IMG/VR virus record: IMGVR_UViG_3300025877_000002
Source of the DNA: an uncultured virus (IMG/VR IMGVR_UViG_3300025877_000002)
Taxonomy: Duplodnaviria > Heunggongvirae > Uroviricota > Caudoviricetes
Direction: 5' to 3' (one strand)
DNA: 64,000 nucleotides
This document shows, piece by piece, positions 57,447 through 64,000 of the stretch. Under the pieces are notes generated by a model. The model made no database searches. It saw nothing but the letters and a program-made list of their open reading frames with translations, and was not told where the DNA came from. Made by a program: the position numbers and the translations under genes. Position 1 is the stretch's first letter; each line of letters opens with the position of its first letter.

Positions 57447-58469
57447 TTAAGGGGTTAATAATTGTTTCTTAATAGCTCTTTCCAGCTTTGTTTTAAACCA
57501 TAAAGCAATCTCGTAAGGAAAACACTTAGTGGCAGTGATGTTAGATTTAGTGATCCAAAAGTTAGCCCTATCCTCTTCGTACAGTAGTTTGAAAGAATCC
57601 GGTAAACCTTGGATTCTAGCACGCTGTCGGGGGGTTAAAACTTCCCCATTTGGGGCAAATTCCCGATTTCCTTTCCTTACTGTTAGGGGTGGGGAGTTCT
57701 TTAGATTCCGATACACTCCTGGAGCATATTTCATACGCTCTTTGTTGGCTGGAAACCTGCGTTGGGACTTTGGAAACGACAACCAAGCTTCCTTAATTTC
57801 TCCCAAAGTCATCTTTTTCCCGCCAAAGATTGCAATATTAGTATCTTTATGCAATCTAACGTGACATAAGGCAGAATCTGGGCTGCCAAGGGCAGAATCT
57901 AGTTCTTTAAATACTTTAAGTCTTATGTTTTCTTGCTTTGGTAACTTGAATATTGCTAGAATTTCTTTATTTAAGTCCTTTCTAACCCCAATTATCACCA
58001 AACGTTTACGTGACAACTGTGAATTACCCCACTTTGAGACTGAACCTTGGAATATTTTCAGATTGTAGCCCTTGAATGCTTCCTTCAAATCCTCCTTGCC
58101 ATAGGTTTTCAGCAAAGCAGGGAGATTTTCCATCAAAAATACCTTGGGTTGGAACTGTTGGATGGACTCAATGAACATGGTTAGGCTCTTATTGTCTTTT
58201 GGATCAGATAGTTTCTTACCCCGGGAATAAGCAAGGACTGAACTATGCCCACAATCGGGGTGACCAATGATTGCGGTCGGAGTATCTACCCATTCCACCT
58301 GTTTCAGGTTAACTAGTTTCAGCTGGTTGGGGAAATTAGCTGACCATTGGGTTTGGCCGGGAGTATTGAAAGCGGACCGGGGCTCAATATTGGTGATTAA
58401 CTGATCTTTAAAGGGATATAAGACTGCGCCATTACCCGCACAGACTCCAAGTATAGTATAATTCTCCAT
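57447..58469 (-). CDS. C5-cytosine DNA methyltransferase (divergent)
   Basis: Motif I VCAGNG, IV GHPDC, VI MENL, VIII QLSRKR, IX LTPRQRARIQGLPD; motif X altered (TKCFP). Confidence 0.85.
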   Translation of the reverse strand: MENYTILGVCAGNGAVLYPFKDQLITNIEPRSAFNTPGQTQWSANFPNQLKLVNLKQVEWVDTPTAIIGHPDCGHSSVLAYSRGKKLSDPKDNKSLTMFIESIQQFQPKVFLMENLPALLKTYGKEDLKEAFKGYNLKIFQGSVSKWGNSQLSRKRLVIIGVRKDLNKEILAIFKLPKQENIRLKVFKELDSALGSPDSALCHVRLHKDTNIAIFGGKKMTLGEIKEAWLSFPKSQRRFPANKERMKYAPGVYRNLKNSPPLTVRKGNREFAPNGEVLTPRQRARIQGLPDSFKLLYEEDRANFWITKSNITATKCFPYEIALWFKTKLERAIKKQLLTP

Positions 58470-58525
58470 AGTAATTAAGAATCCAGTATTGCGAGAGGAT
58501 TCTATTTATACTTAAACTATATAAC

Positions 58526-58879
58526 ATGGGAAAACAAGCAGTAAACATTTACCAAGACATGGTAAGGAAATCCAAAGAAACTCTAATGAAGTCCCAAAGA
58601 CTTCCGGTAATGGGACCAGCACTAGCTCTTGCTGCCGAAGCTGGGGAGGTGGCTGGTAAGGTGTATAAGAATATGAGGGATGAGAAATCTGACTTCGGTA
58701 TGTTACAACAACCCCTGATGAAAGAACTGGGAGATTGCCTGTTTTACATTACATCCTGTGCTCAGGACTTGGGCTATGAACTTGAGGATGTGATCGACAT
58801 CAATTACGAGAAGGTAAAACTCAGAACAGAGACGGGAACCATATCCGGAGACGGAGACGACAGGGAGGTAAAATCATGA
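58526..58879 (+). CDS. MazG-like nucleotide pyrophosphohydrolase
   Basis: LAAEAGEVAGK...KELGDCLFY...N.EK...R....G.GDDR. Confidence 0.9.
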   Translation: MGKQAVNIYQDMVRKSKETLMKSQRLPVMGPALALAAEAGEVAGKVYKNMRDEKSDFGMLQQPLMKELGDCLFYITSCAQDLGYELEDVIDINYEKVKLRTETGTISGDGDDREVKS

Positions 58880-59124
58880 AGCAAGCATTGATATTTGTGG
58901 CTATTGTATACTTCGGATCAATGGCCTTAGCTTTAGCATGTAATGATTCCATCCCACAACCCAAAATACAGATTGAGATTATCCGAGTAAATGTGGGAGG
59001 AGAGGATTCGCTGATCTATGAAGCATGGTTCAGATGTACCGAGATGGATTCGGTAAGGGAGGGCCTTAAGGATCACGCAGAGCCCTTGAAGCAATTCTAT
59101 ACTCCTAAGACCAAAGGCCATTAA
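58876..59124 (+). CDS. Putative lipoprotein
   Basis: Hydrophobic leader ending in an LALAC lipobox. Confidence 0.55.
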   Translation: MKQALIFVAIVYFGSMALALACNDSIPQPKIQIEIIRVNVGGEDSLIYEAWFRCTEMDSVREGLKDHAEPLKQFYTPKTKGH

Positions 59125-59138
59125 GTAAACAGTAAGTT

Positions 59139-59432
59139 ATGATAAAAGTTAGGCCTTCTGATGATCCCGGAATTGCATTTGAAGTAGAATGCTATGATGA
59201 TCAAGGATTATTGTTTGTGGATAATTATCCCGTTTGGAATAGGATTAAGAAAGAGCCCCTTTATAAATGGGATGAAAGCTTGTGTAACTTCACACCCAGT
59301 GATCTAGAGGAACTGAAAAGGACATTAGCATCACCTAGATTTGAGCAGTATGAGTATTGCGCTTTAATCATGAAGTGGAATCGGAGGATGGAGAAGTTGG
59401 AGATGAAGTATAAGAAGAGGGTGCCAGTATAG
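59139..59432 (+). CDS. Hypothetical protein
   Basis: Third ORF of the short + strand operon. Confidence 0.55.
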   Translation: MIKVRPSDDPGIAFEVECYDDQGLLFVDNYPVWNRIKKEPLYKWDESLCNFTPSDLEELKRTLASPRFEQYEYCALIMKWNRRMEKLEMKYKKRVPV

Positions 59433-59472
59433 TGGGGCTGGGGTAAAAAATTCCTCGCAAAATTTTTGCTAT

Positions 59473-59509
59473 AGGGCTGGGGCTAATAACCCTGGCCCTT
59501 GTTGTGTTT
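59473..59509 (+). terminator. Possible intrinsic terminator of the + strand operon
   Basis: AGGGCTGGGG-N7-CCCTGGCCCT hairpin with G-U pairs, then TGTTGTGTTT. Confidence 0.45.
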
Positions 59510-59633
59510 GGAGATGGTAGATGTTGGATCTCAGATGTAAGGGGGCCTTGTCCCTAATCCGATGTCTTGTGTCTATTAGCCTATGGGCTATGGTCCCAGG
59601 TATCCGGGACGGATACGATGTACTATATTGCAT

Positions 59634-59665
59634 AAAAAAAAGATTGTCCGATAGGGGACAATCTT
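59634..59665 (-). terminator. Intrinsic terminator after the island gene 59683..60153
   Basis: AGATTGTCC-N6-GGACAATCT plus a T tract. Confidence 0.75.
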
Positions 59666-59682
59666 AAAATTAATTTTATTTA

Positions 59683-60153
59683 TCAACAGTCACTATTGCA
59701 TTCAATAATAAAATTAATCGCTTCTTTGAAAGTATAGTTTAAACTACTATTTTCAATAAAATTAAAAATATCATTATTAAATAAAATATTATCTTTTTCA
59801 GATAGCATTTTAAAGAAAGTAAGTAATTTTGTTTTTAGTTCATTACTATCTATTGAATAATAATAATAAATAAAATAGGTAGTAAAACTTTTTTTACTTT
59901 GCTTAATTACTTCAATAAATAAACTTTCTAATTCTTTACTCTCTATAATATCATCAAAGTAAGTAAAGAAACTATGCTGAATGTTTGTTTCTATTACTTC
60001 ATAACATTCATTTAATGTAGTACATTCTTTTAATTCATTAACAAAGTAATTACAAAAAGAAAAGTTTTTATTGTTGATTTTTTTCTGTTCTAAATAGTTA
60101 ATGATAAAAATAAATAATTCTTTTGTTGCTTGGGTTTTGTTTTCAGTTTGCAT
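59683..60153 (-). CDS. AT-rich island gene (no Gly, Pro, Trp or Arg)
   Basis: 156-aa ORF with the shared AATCTAAAA..AAAAAAA-ATGCAA leader and a downstream terminator. Confidence 0.7.
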   Translation of the reverse strand: MQTENKTQATKELFIFIINYLEQKKINNKNFSFCNYFVNELKECTTLNECYEVIETNIQHSFFTYFDDIIESKELESLFIEVIKQSKKSFTTYFIYYYYSIDSNELKTKLLTFFKMLSEKDNILFNNDIFNFIENSSLNYTFKEAINFIIECNSDC

Positions 60154-60192
60154 TTTTTTTATTTTAGATTGTAAGTAATAATAAGATAAAAG

Positions 60193-60224
60193 AAAAAAAG
60201 AGTAAGCTAATTAGCTTACTCTTT
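60193..60224 (-). terminator. Perfect palindrome / intrinsic terminator
   Basis: AAAGAGTAAGCTAATTAGCTTACTCTTT plus a T tract. Confidence 0.75.
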
Positions 60225-60234
60225 AAAAAGAAAA

Positions 60235-60762
60235 TTAAAGTTTATTTTCTTTTTTTGCTTGTTGTATCACTTCTAAGAAACTTTGAACTACAATATACAT
60301 TGTATTAGTTTCTTTACCTTCATAGAGTGAACGCACTGTGAAATCATTTACAGAATAAAATTCTTTATAGTGTGCAACAAAAATAGAAAATTCTTTTTTT
60401 GCTTCTATAAAGTGCAATTTACTTTGTGTAATTTCTTTTTTAAAAATACAATTTTCACCCGCTTTTAATTTTATTACTATATTGTTCATTAACTTGCGTA
60501 GTTCGTTTCTTTTGGTAGTACGATATTTTTTACCACCGTCAAAATCCTGTAAATATTTTTTATCTTTAAATAAACCATTTCTACCACTACCACTTTGAGT
60601 AGTATTATTAGAAGTACTAATTTTATCTAATAAATTTGAAAGATTCTTACTATCTTGTTTTTTCTCTTTAACTACTTTTTCTTTTTTTACTTTTGCAGTT
60701 TTTGCAGTTTCAACATTTGCAGTTGCAGTTGTTGTTGTTGGAGTTGTTTCTGAATTTTGCAT
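60235..60762 (-). CDS. AT-rich island gene, Lys/Thr-rich basic protein
   Basis: 175-aa ORF with the shared leader motif. Confidence 0.75.
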   Translation of the reverse strand: MQNSETTPTTTTATANVETAKTAKVKKEKVVKEKKQDSKNLSNLLDKISTSNNTTQSGSGRNGLFKDKKYLQDFDGGKKYRTTKRNELRKLMNNIVIKLKAGENCIFKKEITQSKLHFIEAKKEFSIFVAHYKEFYSVNDFTVRSLYEGKETNTMYIVVQSFLEVIQQAKKENKL

Positions 60763-60847
60763 TTTTTTTGTTTTTAGATTGTTTGAATTATTTGTTTTTA
60801 ATTATGAAGTAAAGATAATCTTTAAAGATGAAGATTAGATGAATTTT

Positions 60848-61057
60848 TTAATTCAGATATAATAAAGAATTATTTATTTCTTTTATTAATTTAATTCGCT
60901 GAATTTTTAACTTGCTTAAAAAATACATATTTTCAGCGAGTTGTTCACTATCTTTTACAGAATTTAAACTTTTATTTTCTGCGATAGTTTCGAGTCTTAA
61001 TCCTGCTAATTGAATAGTGGATTGAATAAATAAATTTAAGTTTTTAGATGTTTGCAT
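60848..61057 (-). CDS. AT-rich island small protein
   Basis: 69-aa ORF with the shared leader motif, downstream of a TACATTTG promoter. Confidence 0.65.
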   Translation of the reverse strand: MQTSKNLNLFIQSTIQLAGLRLETIAENKSLNSVKDSEQLAENMYFLSKLKIQRIKLIKEINNSLLYLN

Positions 61058-61092
61058 TTTTTTTTATGTTTTTAGATTTATTAATTTATACT

Positions 61093-61124
61093 CAAATGTA
61101 AAACATAAAGTTTCAAAAGTCAAA
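61093..61124 (-). promoter_or_regulatory. Bacteroidota-type promoter: TTTG (-33), 20-nt spacer, TACATTTG (-7)
   Basis: Both consensus elements present, upstream of ATG 61057. Confidence 0.75.
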
Positions 61125-61580
61125 TATTATTTTTAAAATTCATCTAATCTTCATAATTAAAAAAAGTAGTATTTTATTACAACTTTTATTCTTATATGCA
61201 AATTGGGTGGGTAGGTGGGTAATTTTGGGGAAGGCATGAAGGCATGGTTGTGGGGGCAAATTAGGAAAAAAGTTGGAGGGCCCCCGGGAAAGGGCCTTGC
61301 CCACCTGCATGGTTAGCTATTAGTATATAATGTCTAGCCAATATACATGTTAGAAGATATGAAGTAAGTGCTTTGGTATACTTGCATTTGACTAGAAGTA
61401 TGGAGAATAGAGCAGGAAAATGCAAGTAAACCTACTCTATTCTTTATTCCATACCCCCTGAACCTGATTTACTTAGATATCGCAGCGATCAGAGCAGTGA
61501 TCAGGATCAGGATGGCTATAGGGCTCATTGGGTCATAGTAACGTTTCCGTATCATAGTAAAGGATCTGATCAGTTTCGGA

Positions 61581-61955
61581 TTAGTATAGTTGGGTACTAT
61601 GCGAGAGTCCGCATCGTTGGCATTCAGCACCCATGGATCCTGATTCTGGTCCGCCTTCATCGGTGCATACCCAGTCATGTCCTTGGGTAGCACAGATAGC
61701 AATGGCTTCCTTGTGGTCCTCGTTATCCATAAGATCGTTGATAGCAATTTCGAATCGGTCGGGATCCAAGCGATGGAAGTAGGTATCCCGGACCCAATGA
61801 ATTAAGGTAGCCCAGGCATTTTCCCAGTTCTCTTGTATCTGTGTTTCTTCAGTTACCGGCAGGATCTTCCAGTGGGATCGGAATACGGGCATTAAGCCGA
61901 ATTGTTCGAAATTTGGTTCGATTATTTCTAGGTATTCTGTTTCTTGGTGCATCAT
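61581..61955 (-). CDS. Hypothetical protein with a C-terminal zinc-ribbon-like motif
   Basis: CATQGHDW...CQRCG. Confidence 0.65.
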   Translation of the reverse strand: MMHQETEYLEIIEPNFEQFGLMPVFRSHWKILPVTEETQIQENWENAWATLIHWVRDTYFHRLDPDRFEIAINDLMDNEDHKEAIAICATQGHDWVCTDEGGPESGSMGAECQRCGLSHSTQLY

Positions 61956-62260
61956 AGTGATTGGAGTTTTTGGATGAAGGCGGCATGGAATACTAGCATC
62001 GGGAGGGAAAATAAGGTAGCCATTAGTTCCGCATCGATGTACTGATCGTAAAGTTTGAGCATCCGTTCAGCTTGTCCTGTCGGCAATTTGAGGGTTTGAA
62101 TTAAATGGGTATGATAGGTTGCCCGGTGGATTTTTAATTGGTCCGACGGTTTACCTAGGTTAGTGGTTTGTTTCCTTGTCCGTTTGGCAACGGGGTGGGA
62201 AATTGCAGGTTGCATTTTTTTATTGTCTTGCATTTTTTTAGATATTAGTACTGTTTGCAT
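61952..62260 (-). CDS. Hypothetical early protein with three in-frame MQ starts
   Basis: MQTVLISKK-MQDNKK-MQPA; promoter immediately upstream. Confidence 0.65.
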   Translation of the reverse strand: MQTVLISKKMQDNKKMQPAISHPVAKRTRKQTTNLGKPSDQLKIHRATYHTHLIQTLKLPTGQAERMLKLYDQYIDAELMATLFSLPMLVFHAAFIQKLQSL

Positions 62261-62276
62261 TTTTTAAATTATAGTG

Positions 62277-62284
62277 CAAATATA
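62277..62284 (-). promoter_or_regulatory. Bacteroidota -7 promoter element (TATATTTG)
   Basis: TAnnTTTG 16 nt upstream of ATG 62260. Confidence 0.75.
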
Positions 62285-62346
62285 TATATATTATAATTAT
62301 CTTTTATATTAAATTTTTGCGGCCCTGAAAATAGGTAGGCCTAGTG

Positions 62347-62415
62347 CCGTAGGGCCTATCACCTAAAAAGAGGAAAGGGCCTATCCAGCATGGTACCCTA
62401 CCGTAGGGCCTATCA
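62347..62415. repeat. Intergenic direct repeats: AGGGCCTATC x3 (CCGTAGGGCCTATCA x2)
   Basis: Copies at 62351, 62376 and 62405. Confidence 0.85.
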
Positions 62416-62437
62416 AGTCCAGGAATCGGTACCACAC

Positions 62438-62465
62438 AAAAAAGCCCCAACCCGTCGGCTGAGGC
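62438..62465 (-). terminator. Intrinsic terminator after 62483..63295
   Basis: GCCTCAGCC-GACG-GGTTGGGGC-TTTTTT. Confidence 0.7.
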
Positions 62466-62482
62466 CCAAGCAACATAACTAA

Positions 62483-63295
62483 CTAAACTATCTCATCATC
62501 ATCTTCAAAATCCGATTCCCTCCGAACCTCATGTCTTACTTTACTACTTACTATAGTAGCAGCAGTATCGGTTGTAGGGATTAGGGATCCATCGGTATCA
62601 ACCCCTTGTTGGTAATTGGCTCTTACCTCAGGTAGGTCGTCTATATTATATTGTTCCTTTAATTGGTCCTTCAATTGAGGTTCGGTAAGGAGCCTCATTG
62701 GTTGTTCTGTATTCATTAGTTTAATCGCTTTCTCTGGGGTCAGGGCATCGGATTCGGATTGAGGATTAGAGCCTGGTACCAGATAGTGATTAGGGCTTGC
62801 TGCCCTGTGGGATTGGTCTAAAGTACGGTAGAGATCCAGGAGATTTTTGTCTGCCGCCAGTGCACCCGATATGGCTCGGTTTACCTCACCAGAGATGTAG
62901 GGCTTGTATTTTCCCCCCTGACTTTTGAGCATCGTACCGAGCTGTAAATCAGCAGTTTGGCTGTGATTTAGGGATTTTTTTATAGCCCAATTTTTGATGA
63001 CCCTAAGGGATTGGGCAGTGTCTTCTAGGTCTGAATCTGGTCCCATCCCTTGCATATAACCCATACGTTTGTATAGATACCTGATGATATACATAGTATC
63101 TAATTGTAAGTAAGTTGATACTTCGTCTATAGTAAGTGGTTTGTTGTTTACTGTTTGATTGTTTATGAAGTAAAGGTTTAGTATGTGATCTTTGATCTTC
63201 TTTAATTCTTCTTGTTTGTTGGCTGATGTGTTTAGTGATTGGGCTTGGAGAGTAACTCCTAGTGGTCTGGGTATCCTTTGAATCTTTGTTTTCAT
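62483..63295 (-). CDS. Hypothetical protein, possible HTH with an acidic tail
   Basis: LTIDEVSTYLQLDTMYIIRYL HTH-like segment. Confidence 0.65.
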   Translation of the reverse strand: MKTKIQRIPRPLGVTLQAQSLNTSANKQEELKKIKDHILNLYFINNQTVNNKPLTIDEVSTYLQLDTMYIIRYLYKRMGYMQGMGPDSDLEDTAQSLRVIKNWAIKKSLNHSQTADLQLGTMLKSQGGKYKPYISGEVNRAISGALAADKNLLDLYRTLDQSHRAASPNHYLVPGSNPQSESDALTPEKAIKLMNTEQPMRLLTEPQLKDQLKEQYNIDDLPEVRANYQQGVDTDGSLIPTTDTAATIVSSKVRHEVRRESDFEDDDEIV

Positions 63296-63459
63296 TTTAG
63301 TTTGTTTTGTAGCTGGGTGGGGGTTGATCCGTATCTAGCTCCGAATGTGGCCATCTTAGCCTGTTCTCTTTGGTGGTCTGTAACCATTGAATAAGGTACA
63401 TTGAACATCTTGGATGCGGCTAGTTTGTGTTGGTCCTTATATCTCCTGTTTGTTTTCAT
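63292..63459 (-). CDS. 55-aa mini-protein resembling the family A polymerase fingers (O-helix) subdomain
   Basis: Below the ORF-track cutoff; MKTNRRYKDQHKLAASKMFNVPYSMVTDHQREQAKMATFGARYGSTPTQLQNKLK; ATGA overlaps at both ends. Confidence 0.8.
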   Translation of the reverse strand: MKTNRRYKDQHKLAASKMFNVPYSMVTDHQREQAKMATFGARYGSTPTQLQNKLK

Positions 63460-63737
63460 TTATGTTTGTTTGGTAGCATGATATCTACTGATAGTAGTTT
63501 ACCGTCCTGATGTATGATAGCCGATGGTAGTTCGGCATTCTTTAATTGGATTGGGTAGTTAGTTGTTGGTGGCGGGGTTAATAGGGAAATTAGTTTAGAA
63601 CCGTCCTCTTGTTCTGGCATCCTGGCTTGGGATCGGATTAGGCAATGTCTGATGTTGTAGGCTTCCTCTTGGGATAGTTCTACTACTATAATTGGTTCTT
63701 TCCTTTTCTGGGTTACAGGTCTGATGTATGTTTTCAT
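63456..63737 (-). CDS. Hypothetical protein
   Basis: ATGA-coupled ORF. Confidence 0.6.
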   Translation of the reverse strand: MKTYIRPVTQKRKEPIIVVELSQEEAYNIRHCLIRSQARMPEQEDGSKLISLLTPPPTTNYPIQLKNAELPSAIIHQDGKLLSVDIMLPNKHK

Positions 63738-63997
63738 GATATCTGTATTACTTCTTGTTTGGTCGGTGACTGATGTTGTATCTGGTCCTCGTGATTCTTG
63801 ATGTATTCTCTTGCGGTTTCCTCTGTCTGAATGTAGTCTACTAAGTAGGTAAAGGATCCATCTCGGTAGGAAAGGGTTTCGTAGTAGGAATAGATCCTGA
63901 TCCCGAATAGTTTGATATGTACTTGTTTCTGGGGCCAGTATCGGATAGAGTTATTCTCCATGGTTACTTTCAGTATCCTGTATTTCCTTTGTTTCAT
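63734..63997 (-). CDS. Hypothetical protein
   Basis: ATGA-coupled ORF; KYRI...YWPQ pattern. Confidence 0.6.
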   Translation of the reverse strand: MKQRKYRILKVTMENNSIRYWPQKQVHIKLFGIRIYSYYETLSYRDGSFTYLVDYIQTEETAREYIKNHEDQIQHQSPTKQEVIQIS

Positions 63998-64000
63998 TTC

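Larger units (their letters stand above)
60828..61154. repeat. 20-bp perfect inverted repeat pair (60828-60847 / 61135-61154)
   Basis: ATGAAGATTAGATGAATTTT vs AAAATTCATCTAATCTTCAT. Confidence 0.85.

Noticed and set aside
615..57864. Numerous + strand ORFs antisense to recognisable genes (e.g. 5888..6298, 12098..12685, 40708..41238, 52184..52621)
   Set aside because: They are shadow ORFs of well-supported - strand genes and have no motifs or leaders of their own.
59593..59617. GTCCC/GGGAC and GTATCC/GGATAC as an H-type pseudoknot
   Set aside because: Zero-length loops make simultaneous pairing implausible, and the stems are short enough to arise by chance.
61469..61747. 92-aa ORF overlapping 61581..61955
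   Set aside because: It mostly overlaps a better ORF. Only a 28-aa hydrophobic peptide from ATG 61555 is plausible, and the evidence is too thin to call.
1..64000. tRNAs, integrase, introns/inteins, DGR or retron reverse transcriptase, alternative genetic code
   Set aside because: None was recognised. The polymerase, terminase, helicases and RecA appear uninterrupted, and genes pack tightly under the standard code with TAA, TAG and TGA all used as stops.

Overview
This 64 kb window is part of a large, apparently lytic, contractile-tailed (myovirus-like) dsDNA phage, and almost all genes lie on the minus strand. The host is probably a member of Bacteroidota. This rests on TAnnTTTG -7 promoters, A-rich leaders without Shine-Dalgarno sites, host-like FN3/Ig domains and a signal peptide cleaved before Gln. 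Positions 1-23.6 kb hold replication, recombination, nucleotide-metabolism and transcription genes: DnaB-like helicase, primase, SF2 helicase, family A polymerase, RecA, UvsY-like, gp32-like SSB, SbcCD, 5'-3' exonuclease, Holliday junction resolvase and a NusG/UpxY paralogue. A divergent sigma-like gene sits at 23.7 kb. Positions 24.4-57.4 kb form a complete morphogenesis and lysis block. From 57.4 to 64 kb come a C5 DNA methyltransferase, MazG, a very AT-rich island of early-type genes and small hypothetical genes. The leading candidate for a new system is a module next to the polymerase. It has two tandem thymidylate-synthase-fold genes that both carry Asp at the ThyA Asn177 position (the dCMP-specificity signature), one of them degenerate. 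It also has a split-motif dCTP/dUTPase, a dCMP deaminase and a dNMP kinase. Together these point to cytosine replacement and/or a route to dTMP via 5-methyl-dCMP. Other highlights are an unannotated 55-aa mini-protein made only of the Pol-A fingers/O-helix, a -1 frameshift in the tail chaperone, a structured RNA upstream of a DUF1508 gene, a membrane PAS protein in the head cluster, a GH-FN3-Ig-LysM tail fusion, a promoter cassette flanked by inverted repeats, and a perfect 119-residue Glu-Asp tract. All calls come from reading motifs by eye; no database searches were run.
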